DNA of 64,000 nt from Klebsormidium nitens (taxonomy: Eukaryota; Plantae; Klebsormidiophyceae): the NCBI GenBank assembly GCA_000708835.1, contig DF237449.1, forward strand, positions 1-64,000. Direction: 5' to 3'. Below the pieces are notes generated by a model, which was given only the letters and a program-made list of their open reading frames with translations, was not told where the DNA came from and made no database searches. Numbering within the stretch: the first letter of the stretch is position 1; the number at the start of each line of letters is the position of its first letter. The position numbers and the translations under genes were made by a program. This document shows positions 47,501-58,500 of the stretch, piece after piece.

Positions 47501-50349
47501 CCTGACCTTGCCACTTGTTTCGTGTTTCTGGTCGTTACTTGGAGTCGTCCCCTGGCCTAGGTACTTTCAGGGAAGGCGGTAGGCCCCTAGTAGCTGGCCG
47601 TTCACAGGTCGGCTTGAACATGCCTACCGTACACATCAAAATTCTCCTGAGACTTGACAACTTACATTCTCAAAGCAACCGTTTTGTCCGCCTAACGCTT
47701 CCTTCTCAGGAACCACTAGCTGCCTCTGCTGAGCTGCACATCTTGCGGTAGACAGAGCTTTATTTACCGTAGGTGTACGTTCCACCCTGCTCGCATGCTG
47801 TGACAAGCTCGACCCTGCATACCGGTATGCGTTCCTGTGTGCATGAAAGTCTGGACAACCGTACTCTCACGAGTCACATAGCCGGTCAGGACACCTGGTA
47901 CAATATAAGCTGCCTGAAACGCGTCTGAAAATAGCCTCTTCTTGCTGGCTCCAGCCGCACTTTTCGAGTCCCACTTCGTTCCCTGTCTGTTAAATTTGAC
48001 AAAATCTGCCAGTGCAGCCGGCTGGTCCGGCGCCGGCCCTAGCTGGAATCATCAGTTTGCGGCAAAGATCATACCGTACCCGCACCAGACTCGGACACCC
48101 TGGCCCCTGGGCCTGGCGCAGGCTAGTGCCAATGGCGCACCACTGGCATGCAGTACCGTGTACAATGTACACTACAGTCTACGGTATACCTAGTACCTAC
48201 TAGTAGTACTGGTGGTAGGCTGGCACGCTTGCATGCAACGCTTCCGCATCGCGCAATCCTCATGCATGCATCTGATTGGGCATTGCAGATCGCGCAATGA
48301 TCGAACGGGAAGACCGGCCTAAATTTTGTGAATATGAGGTCAGCACTACCGGAATCCTACGTCATTATCATGATGATTTATATCTGCAGCATAATCTGCT
48401 GACGACCGAAGAGATGTCGTTTCAAGAATCTCGGCGGCCGGATTACGTCCTACATAATCATACAATCCAGCTATATTTGCGGAACAGTCTGCTCAATCTG
48501 TGACTTTTAACCCAGACCTACAAAAGTGTCTACCGGCTCCACAGGGCAGACTCCACACCCATGCCCACCTAGACATTCATAGGATATCCTGACCCTATCT
48601 TTAACCCCTCTAACCCCCAGGCCAACCCGTGGAGCTGGCGACGGTTGATAACTATTATTGGCTGAGCCTGGACTCAATTACGATGGGCTATAATCCAAGG
48701 TTCATGCAAGTTCAACAAGCCTTAAAAAAGCTTGGAAAAATCTACGGCAGCGGTGGCCGCCCCGTGGCAGTAGTGGTCACTGTCTGCAGCGCTCCCAATT
48801 GTCTACTGGTGTCCTAGCTTTTCAATTACGGTACTAGGGCAGTACCGTACTACCTGGCCGTACTATACTACTAGCCTAAGGTAGATCATCGTGTTTGAAT
48901 TTTCAATTAAAGTCATTACAGAGAACTTTAGAGCCTTAGGGCTCTGAGCTATGGCTTGAGCTTTACAGGCTTTGCCAATGTGCTGACGGGGTGCTGACGC
49001 TCTCCTAGGGCTCTGCTGATGTTCTCAAATTCTCCTTTCAAACGCCATAGCCACTTGAAGATTTATTCCTAATACTCCCCGGGCCCGAATCCAATTGGCT
49101 AAAGAGGTTGAAGTCTTCAAAACGGATTGGGAGCCTGAGCATGTCGGGTCTCTGATGGTGTGATGGTCAGTCTCAATTATACTATCACTAGCTGGCCCCG
49201 TGCAATCAAGGCCGAGTCGGATTCCGTAGGGTGGTAGGCTGTACACCATACCGTATACGGAATGGATGACCCATGTCGGATTCAATATATACATCTACAT
49301 ACAGGACTCCTCCATGTCTGTGACGGGACATGCTGTTGCAGCGATCCGGCGAGGACGTCATGCTCCTCGTACGTATACGTACGTCTAAAACTTGACTACA
49401 TGTTTTTAGAGAATTTTAAGTTTCGGAGCATGCCAGCTCTATAACTGTACTGCCTTGAAAGGCAAGGTGCAAAGGCCCGCGGCCAAGCCTGAAGGAATCC
49501 CTTAAGCGTGCAGCGCACATATATAATTGAGCTGTATGTACGGCCGGGGCCCGCATGCTTGCACGCAGCCGGGACTCAGTCATAGCGATCTTGCTTGGAT
49601 TATCTTGATGTCGCAATCTCACACTCATGCATTATCCAGAACGTTAACAAAAGGGCCTTCTCGATGCGCTCGGAGGGTTTATTTCAGATTGCTCATGCTA
49701 AGTCGACGTCAAGCGAATAATCAAGAAGGTACATGTGGTTCTTAAGTTTATACTGAATTTCTTGGCAATCCTCATCAGTCATGTCAACCTTCAAGAAGGC
49801 TTGTATTAGCTGTGCTTGTTATTGTGTGTGCTTTCCGACCTCGCCAGGCCCCGCATCGCATGCGCTACAGTTTTGAGCCCGTGGCCCGGTCCGCATCGGG
49901 TGCGATCAATGCTGTATTGTGGATTGCTCTCACGGCCACTACCAAGGCTTACAATGGTGATCTCATCTCATGGTCGCTAGTATGGAACATCGTACAACAA
50001 TTAGATTTGATTCGATCGCATCTTCCTTAACCCATGTATTATCTACATGCTTTCTCTCTAGACTTTCAAGGCGCAAGCGTTCAAAAGCAAAATTTTCTCT
50101 AATTGTCGACCCGCAGTTGAGCTGCAATTTGCTGAAATTTCAAAACGCAAGCTGCGAGTATCTCCAATCTTCCCACCCAGTGCCTGACTCAAGCTGCAAA
50201 CACGCACAATATCGATGTGTAAATGCGACAGCGCTCTCAACCTTGCTAGATAAAACTGCACAAGCGCAAATAGTGGTAAGACGCCGCCAAGATCCTACTT
50301 GAGGATGCATGCCTCCAGGAAAGAGAGCCGGAAGAAGAGAGAATGATAA

Positions 50350-51600
50350 TCGTACTGCTGGTTGAAACTACGGGGCGAAGAAGATATAATCCAGCCGTCC
50401 GAGGAGCCAATTTACTCGTCCAAGGTCTCATCAAGTATGGACAGACATTTTGGACGGTTGGCTCTTGTAAAAGTTTTAGCTTTAAAACAATGGAAAGAAG
50501 GCAGCTTTCTGGGCAATGGAACTCTGCACGAACATGTTTGCGGCTACCCCTCTTGCAATCCGATAAAGAAGCAACCCGGCCGGGAACTCGCTCTCACTTG
50601 AAACATCATGCTCGTCTTCAAATGTGGAAAAAACTGGCGAAAGAGTTCACGAAAAAGGCAAGATAGGGTTGGCTGCTTGTCCAACTGTTACGTGCCTAGC
50701 TTCTCTTGTCAAATTGGACAAAAGTCTTGATGAAAGTTTGGTATGGTGAAATACTTCAGGAACAAGCGAGTCTTGAAAAGAATGAGAAGGCGGTCCGGCG
50801 AAACAACTAAAACGGCGTCAAACGCGAGAAACAAAGCGTACATACACGCAATAAAAGATCACAACTTTCTATCTTGAAACGGGTCTACATCCTCCGTCCA
50901 CCTACGAGCGACAGGGCAGGGGCAGATCCATCTTGTGCAAGCGATGCAAGCACATGCAATCTCCAACAAACACCTCGATATCGAATCTGGGGACATCCGC
51001 CAGCTTCGAAGCAAAGTGGCAAGCGCACTGGAGCGAGATAAGTTCGCAGACAAGTGCGGGCGACTCATGACCATTCAAGACAGGCCGCTGTCCGACGCTG
51101 CCTTTGTGGTCGTTCCTGCAGATAAGTTGAGAAACAAAGAAAAGAATGACTATCTTCATCTTGAGTCCCAGCGACTCACCGGCTTAGCTAAGTAGACGTC
51201 CAGAACCGGGATGGCTGCTCGAAACGGCGAGACCTTCGTCGCTACGTGGAGGACTCGTCGCCTGCCAGGAGAACACAAGAGGATGGGCTTCTCTTGTGCA
51301 AGCTCAAGATACGGAAGCAACATTCCACGCACTGCACCACATGGCCCGCTCGGACTCCGGCCGCCACATCATTCCAGACGAAAGGAACAAGCCGGAGCAG
51401 TGACCGGAAGTAATCCAGATTTTGGCCTGAATCATACGTGAGACAAGCACGGCAACGGGTGGCCCTGACAAGTCTGCGATGAGACCGGCCTGAGCTCTGT
51501 AGATAACTGCAACAAGCCCCCAATGCTCTCATTGACAGCTTCGCCAGGAATCGCAACGAAGTGTTCAGCAAGAGCTCAGTCGTCAGCCATCTCTAGACTA
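50350..51600 (+). mobile_element. Ancient, decayed Ty3/gypsy pol remnant (RT, RNaseH, possibly start of integrase)
   Basis: Collinear fragments: EEDIIQ...RHFGRL...LKQWKEGSFLG (DD box to KC.F...FLG), AKEFTKKAR*..LVQLL, VWYGEILQEQASLEK, and QDRPLS...KLRNKEKNDYLHLES (RNaseH RP...KL..AE.NY...E). Many disruptions. Confidence 0.55.
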
Positions 51601-52788
51601 CCTTTCAGACCATGAGCTGAAACGAAGCCTTTTGAAATCTTCACAGCCTGACCGTGCGACGTGTTTCTTGATCTCACCCGGCAGCCTTACAGGGTCCCCT
51701 CCCTCCAGACTGCCGAAGCTCCTCAAGAGGAGGCCTTGTTTCTCACGAGCCCGCCCGCATGCTCGTCACCACTTTAGGCACCTTGAGCCACTGAAAGGCA
51801 GGAACACCGCGGCCATTGTAGCCATTCGAAGGGGCGCCTTCGGTCTTTGAGCCTGCGATTCGTTGTGGTTGACGTTGAGTGTTTCATCAAAGCTGTTCCC
51901 ACATAAGCTCCCCTAGTCAAAAACCAAACCTGGGGTCTGATCAGGTCGGCAAGAGATGGAAAGAGAGTATCCTGCGCTTGAGATCACGTCAGGTTCGAAT
52001 GTTTACTCTTTAGGAATTTGACCAAAGTCTTGGTCTCAATTGTTGGCTTTCTCCCCTTGGATGACCATCTTTGATGTACTCCTAAAAAGAACAGTCGTTT
52101 AACCAGACAGCACCTCGCAATGGGAATCCCAGCACCGTTCTAGCAGGACAGGGCAGCCTTTTGATTGCAATGAAAACATGTGTGCTTAGTCACACACATG
52201 CCGGATGATGGAACCAAGCTTTGACAAAAGTATGCAAGAGTCAAACTGGAGCCGTTCCGCCAACGCCCATTTATGGAACCAAGAATGCAAGCATGCTGCA
52301 TCGATCTTTCTTGCAGAGGCCTGCCGCTGGACTTGTGAAGTGACACGATCTGTTGCCCGGGCTTAGCGAATTTGTGGGAGCATGAGTTTGAGGCAACTGC
52401 ATCCTACTTTCACAATCCCACTGTGAGCACTTGAAGCAGGCATATGGTTGGTGACAAAATCAACGGATCCGCACACAATTAGTGACACAGCAAGGCCTAT
52501 CAATGAGCCCCGAAGATGGACGGAAGATGCGATGTTGTGTACAGACCGCTAGAAATAAACAGACGAATAGCACGACAAACACTTCAGACATACGAACCTA
52601 AAGACTGGAGACGATGATAGCAAGAAAGGCAGTTGAGATCTGCAATCCCCACCACAAAAAGGAGTAGGCCGCAAACTTTCAAAAGGAAATGTGTGTTCGA
52701 TGACAAGTGCCTCCCCTTAATAAGCACAATCTGGCATCAGAAACAAATAAGGACCGAGGTTTATTGCGGATGCCCGCAACGGTTATAG

Positions 52789-54126
52789 CTACTCACTTGT
52801 TTGCGCAGGCTCCCCATCGCCGCTTGCTCGGTGCCTGCCGCCCTCCACTTCACTCTCCAAAGCCCGCTTCCCATCTTCTTCCTGTCCTATGTCACCGTCC
52901 CTTCCGGCCAGCCCCGATCGGTCCACTTCAGCCCCCCGTGGGTTCAACTGAATGGCGCCAAACCCGCTGCCCATATCGTGATAAGTGCTCCGCCAAACAT
53001 TCTCTCCCGGCCACGTCCAAAGCTTCGCAGCGGGACTTTGGGCTTTGAGCAATTCATCTCTTGCCGTCCCTGGTTCTCCCCCAATGCTGTGTCTCTCCGC
53101 AACCTCCATCCCGTTCCTGCCTTCGTTCTTGCCTAGCTCTGTGGACACTTCAAGTCCATGGTTGCCCCGCTGCTTTGGGACCTCTAACCCTTCTCTCAGC
53201 ATTCTCCTGCCCTGCGGCGAGCCAATGCCCCACCCCCCTAGGAGCTCTTCCCCCATTTTGGCCGCACTCTCCCCCACCGGTTGTGAGATCCGTGCCCGCA
53301 GCTGCCTCACGCTCTCCACAATCGCCTGGCGCTCCAAAAGTGCATCCGCATCTAGTTTCGCTTCCTCCCCAAACCTGGTTGGTTTGTGCAAGTCCGTACC
53401 ATGAGCCCTTCCCAAACTGTCCCCAGTCTCCTCGTCACCGTTCGCTTTCCATGACCCCCATTTTCTGTGAGCAGTCCCTAACCTCGCCCCGCTTTCCACT
53501 TCCTCTTCTCGCCCAAACCCTATCGTTCCCCTCCGCCCTTTCAGCCGGTGCTTGTACCGCGACCCCCGCACACCCTCCACGGACAGCCGCCTAACCCGCT
53601 TCTTGGTCCATCGCTGACCTCCCGCGGTTAACCCTAACCCGCGCTCTGTATATGGGGACCCATCCTCAGCAGCAGCCAATGGGCCTAAACGCTTCTCGTC
53701 GACCCATCTTACCCTCTTTCGCACAGCATTGTTTTCAGGAGCTCTCTGCTCGGTGGACTCGTTATGCACCTCACTTTGCCCAAGCGCACCACAGCTGACC
53801 TCGGCATGTAATGCTGTGTCATCTGCCTTCTGTTTTTCATCTTCAAGGCAGGCATGGCCACCTTGCTTTCGCTCCATGTCTTCTTGCTCACCATCCATTA
53901 GCAGGCGGCCCGCAAGCTGTTCAGTTACAGCATTGTCATCCTTATCTTCAAATTTTTCTGCAGCACCTTGAGCATCAACATTCACATTATCCATGTATCC
54001 ACCACCGCTGTTGCTCTCCAAACTGCTGTAACCTTCATCTCTCACCCCAGCATTGCACAGAATTTGCGTTCCTGCCTCCGCAGTGACAAAACCCCCACCC
54101 GCAGGTAAACTCTCGCACGGCCACAT
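52789..54126 (-). CDS. Uncharacterised low-complexity E/G/R-rich protein (445-aa ORF; single-exon gene or large terminal exon)
   Basis: 1338-bp stop-free frame with protein-like composition and a RKRVRW motif. A candidate acceptor TTCTGTAG lies ~40 nt upstream of the ATG in the same frame. No recognisable domain. Confidence 0.5.
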   Translation of the reverse strand: MWPCESLPAGGGFVTAEAGTQILCNAGVRDEGYSSLESNSGGGYMDNVNVDAQGAAEKFEDKDDNAVTEQLAGRLLMDGEQEDMERKQGGHACLEDEKQKADDTALHAEVSCGALGQSEVHNESTEQRAPENNAVRKRVRWVDEKRLGPLAAAEDGSPYTERGLGLTAGGQRWTKKRVRRLSVEGVRGSRYKHRLKGRRGTIGFGREEEVESGARLGTAHRKWGSWKANGDEETGDSLGRAHGTDLHKPTRFGEEAKLDADALLERQAIVESVRQLRARISQPVGESAAKMGEELLGGWGIGSPQGRRMLREGLEVPKQRGNHGLEVSTELGKNEGRNGMEVAERHSIGGEPGTARDELLKAQSPAAKLWTWPGENVWRSTYHDMGSGFGAIQLNPRGAEVDRSGLAGRDGDIGQEEDGKRALESEVEGGRHRASGDGEPAQTSE

Positions 54127-55596
54127 GCTTAAGGCCGAAGGACGGCAAACTGAGCAGCACAGCTGACTCTACAGAATGGGAGGCAAGAGCTCCTGTACCC
54201 TCCCTTCCTAGCTGAAGATCTGACGCTCCACTTCGGAGATGGCACAGAAATGCAAACCTTGCCAAGTGCATGGAGCACTGACCTACCCTAGGCATGAACA
54301 ATCTGCAATGTTAAAAGTCTGTTGCAAGCTGCTGAAATCCTCTTCAAGCCGCTTGATGCAGATATCGACGGTTGCATTGCTTGAGGGCCAATCGGCGGGT
54401 CTTTTCACAGAGGCCTATTAATGTTCAGTATCGAAAGGTGAACGTCCAGCGCACGCCTTACAATGTTTTGCAGGTCGATGGAGCCTTTCTCCGTCACTGG
54501 TGTCAGTGTCAAGGAAGCCAACATGTTGCGGTTGTGCGGTTCTCTGTCGATGGTTCAAGACTTGCCCCACGGGCTGCTCGTCCTCCTGCGCACAGTGGCG
54601 GTTTATTGGTGCATCTGCCTGTGTCTCACCTGCTGCGGCCCTCTCATTGACGCTTGATCGCGAAGGCTGTTGAATTCAAGTCCAGCGACCACGCAGCATT
54701 GCTAGGATTCTCCGCAGTGTGGATGACATCTTCAGTTCAAGAAGCTCAAGCAAAGTATTGGATTTGATAGTTCGAAAAAGCAGTGCGGTGCTTTAAGTGT
54801 GGTGTCAGAAGGAGGAGGCGCTTTCGGGCAGGAAGTTAGACAGCACGGTTGGTTGACAGTGTGGCAAGATGGCGTCTTCCGGGGCTCTCCTGGTTGCTGC
54901 ACCGGTTTCCCGAATTACGTGTTCCAGCATGGTGAGCTGTGAACGTGGACGTACAACTACATCTCTTTCTTTCATTCCTTATGGCAACGCCTTATGCATT
55001 TTTTGCACAATTGTGCCCTTCTTCTGCACCTGCCATGAGCAGAAGTTTCGACATGGCAAGTGAAGTTTGCCACCGTCAGCAAGGCTGGTGATTTGGTTGT
55101 CCCCCATCTTTATGTTGCATCAAAAGGAAAACTTTCTTGCATGTCAGGTTGTACCACCATGCACATAGTTCACATTTGTCGTCTGCTCGCATGCGCCTCC
55201 TTGAAATTCTGCTACGTTGCTTCTCTGATTGGTGCTGCGGGTGTATCGTCATGCCTGCAATTCAGGGAAAGTCACCAAGAGCTGCGGTCTGGTTGCACTT
55301 CATCACATATAGCACTGAAACTGGTGGCTGAATTGAATTTGCTTCAGGCGGTCCTATCTGCCAAGGCTTTCCCTCCCTGATCCAACTCTCTTTGCAACCC
55401 TCCAATGTTTCCAGCAGTAGCCCCGTCTCCATCTTCTCTTAGTTTTACGAGCCCATAGCCTCTTCGGCTATGGCGTAATTGAGAAGAAGGCAATATTTTG
55501 CATTGAAAAGCCCCATTTTTCATCAACTCCCTCATCTCCTCTTTTCAGAGCATCATCCGCCGTCCCGCTTTTTGCCTCTCCCAGCCATGCACTCCC

Positions 55597-58500
55597 ATGG
55601 CAACCCACCCAAGGCCACGCAACCCAATCCACAATAGCGGGTTCTTCAGTAACCCAGCTTCAACCAGCACGCCCAGCCTCCTGATAGCAGCAGGGGGCAA
55701 GAAAGACAAGCTGAAGAAGCGCCGGAAAGGGCGACGAGACTCCACTGTTCACAAAGCTCTGGGCCCGGGGGGTGAGAGTGTTCTCACGGTGACTTCGAGA
55801 TTGTCCCCTGAGGAGGTTTGGGAGAGGGAGGAGCGGCGATGGGAGAGGGAAGAGCTGCGCTGGTTGAGGGAGGAACAGAGGTGAGCAGTTGCAATGGGAA
55901 CGTGGAGTGTGGGAAGTCGGCAAACTGATGGCCAGGCTGCCGGGTTTGTGAATAGTGTGCGGTCTTAATGTGTGGGCATGGGAATGTGGCTAGCTTATGC
56001 TTCTGCTTTGACGACGTTCAGGTTGTGGTTAGGCAGGGGGTCGAGGGGTTGATTGAGCAAGGCTGTGAGAAGATAAAGATAGCTCGGTATGGAGAGGAAT
56101 GGCTTCATCGTTTAACTGCAAGAGCAGCTGAGCCAATTGTCCCTCGCCACTGAGAACTGGTCCTGTAAGAAACTTTGTAAACTGTTTACTTTGCCAGCGA
56201 TGCCAGAGAGTCACCCTCATTCCGGGGAGAAGAAAGGCCCAGCTTCTGCTGGTCATGATATGCTGATTTAGTATCGACCTCAATTGTGTTTGCAGATCGC
56301 TGTGTCTGCATACAGAACCTTTTGTTTTCGCTGCAAATTTAGGCCTCAGTCAGGGCTTCACCCCACTTCGTTAAGTGGTTGCTTACTTTACGGTTGTCCC
56401 TGCACTAAGTTTAGTGCAGAAAACTTTCAAGTACTCTTAAGGGAAGAAGCAGATTGGCATAGAGCAACATGTCATTCATGTGTTTACAAGGGAAAATGTC
56501 ATCAGAACGCGGTTTTCTTTTTGTGCAGAACCATCCTCAGATAAGCTCCGACTTAAAAGGTTTGCACTAGCTTTCCTCCACTTTTTTTCATGCACTGGTG
56601 ACTAAAGAACTCTTACGGGGTGCGGCATAATGCGAGGAGTGAGCTCACGAAAAGAAGGTCGCAGTAGCCCATATTGCTATTGGTGTTACTGCTTAGTCCC
56701 CGTTCTTCTGCAGAGGTGGCTCGAGGAGGGATTTCGGTGTGAGCGATTGGCCCAAGAACAGGTGCCTTCAAAATCTGCTATTCCGGTCCTTGCGTCACGG
56801 CCAGCATATCCTCAATTGTCGCTCAACAAACACTTGATTTTGGTGTAGGTGGTTGAAGGAGGAATCGCGGTGGGAGCGGGAACGTGAGGAGTGGGCCCAA
56901 GAAGAGGCCCAGTTGCAAAACCACATTGAGGCGCTGCGAGCGTCCTTCGCTGAGACGCAGCTAGAGGCGCAGAGCCGAGCGGATGCCATGCGGCTGTCGA
57001 TCCAAGAGGAGTCGGCGCAAGCACAGGTAATGTCTCGTTTGTTCCGCCTCCTCATTTGACTTCCAGTTTTAACGGAAGTCTCACGGTTCTGGCTCTTTGT
57101 TTTGCATTCAGTGCATGGGGTTCAACATTTGCAACGCGGCACTCAAAATCACTAGAAGGTGGACTGTGCACGCATGGGGTGCCTCTTTTATACTCCTGGT
57201 GTCCTTTTTCGCTTCTTGCTTCTGCTTTGGCTGAGCGGACATCTTGCGGCAATCAGGAGACTTTGAAGAAGGAACCGGCAAACGCGTTTCTGAAGCGTCC
57301 GTTTCAACAGAAAGGGTGAGTCGTATTTGAAATCCGGGAATCAAATCGAAAATCGAGAGTCAAATGCTAGCCGATCTGAGGATCGTTGCCAACTGTCCAT
57401 GATCGGGCTTGTCAATATTTGGCGAGAGAAGCAAGAGGGGAATTATGCATTAGACTTGGAAAAAGATGGCCTCTGGAGACATCGGTCCTACATCGTTGCT
57501 CTTTGCCAGCATGTCCTTCTGCTTTATGAGAACATTGTACGTTTCCTTCCGGTTGTTTGGGCTCGACTTTTTTTTCTAAAGACTGCACCGAGTTGTAAGC
57601 TCTCCATATCATTGTCGGCGTATCAGAAGGTCAGGGGCAACGCGTCAAATCCGGTTTAAGGCGCAACTTACCTCGTGATAAACGCGACCATTCGCTGATC
57701 CAATCACTTCCCGAGTTGTGCGCTCTGCTTTTCAGATGGTGGGCGAAGCCGCTTTGGGGGCGCAGCTAGCAATTGATGGAGAGCTCCAATTGGCGCGCGC
57801 CAGGTGGCGCGAGGAGGAGCAGGCGCTGCTGGCCGAGGTGGACGCGCTCAAAACGGCTCTGGCGGAGGTACTAGACGAAGCAAACGCCAAGGCGGAAGCA
57901 GCCAGGATGACGTGGCAGAAGCATGAGGCGACGCTGCAGGTGAGGGACAGATGCTGACGCGTCCAGCAAATGCCACATTTTCCTTTCGGTTGTTAGCACT
58001 TGGTGTTGGTTGCCTCCAGGTTTCGGTCTGGCAGACAGACAGCTTGCTTTCAAGGCCCCACAAGTTTTAGGGAGTCTCGGGACTGCTTACATTTCTATCT
58101 AGATTGTTTCTAGGCTCGAAAGGCTCTGTGCACCAAGAGTGTCCGCCAAGGTTTGTCCACCGGGAACACTCTCATCCGGTGGCTCAGGCGGTGGTCGACA
58201 AACTCAAAAGCACAGCAACAAAGTAGCTTGTTCTCGTTTTCAAGCTACATACCCAAAGCGCTGCGGCCGATTCAGCTTCCGACCTTTGACATCTCTCAAG
58301 AAAAGAGTCATTTCTGACACTCCGCGTCATTCGTTTGCAGGCGGAGATTGCGCAGTTGAAGCACTCCCTGCTGGAGGCCCAAGCGGTGGCGCAGGCGCGC
58401 AACGGAGGCAAGTCCGCGAAGCCCACCAAGCCGGCAAGCGAGAAGGCCCCCAAGATGGAGAAGCCCGAGACGATCGTAAGACCGGCGCCGACAGCGGAGG

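Noticed and set aside
47750-49750. Region rich in short palindromes (GTAC, CATG, GATC, TACCGTA)
   Set aside because: No TIR pair, tRNA/rRNA structure or periodic unit could be defined; similar texture occurs in other intergenic stretches (2100-2700, 16200-16950).
50540-50615. Frameshifted C2H2-like pattern (CGYPSC...HLKHH)
   Set aside because: Needs a frameshift and lies within a region better explained as decayed Ty3 RT.
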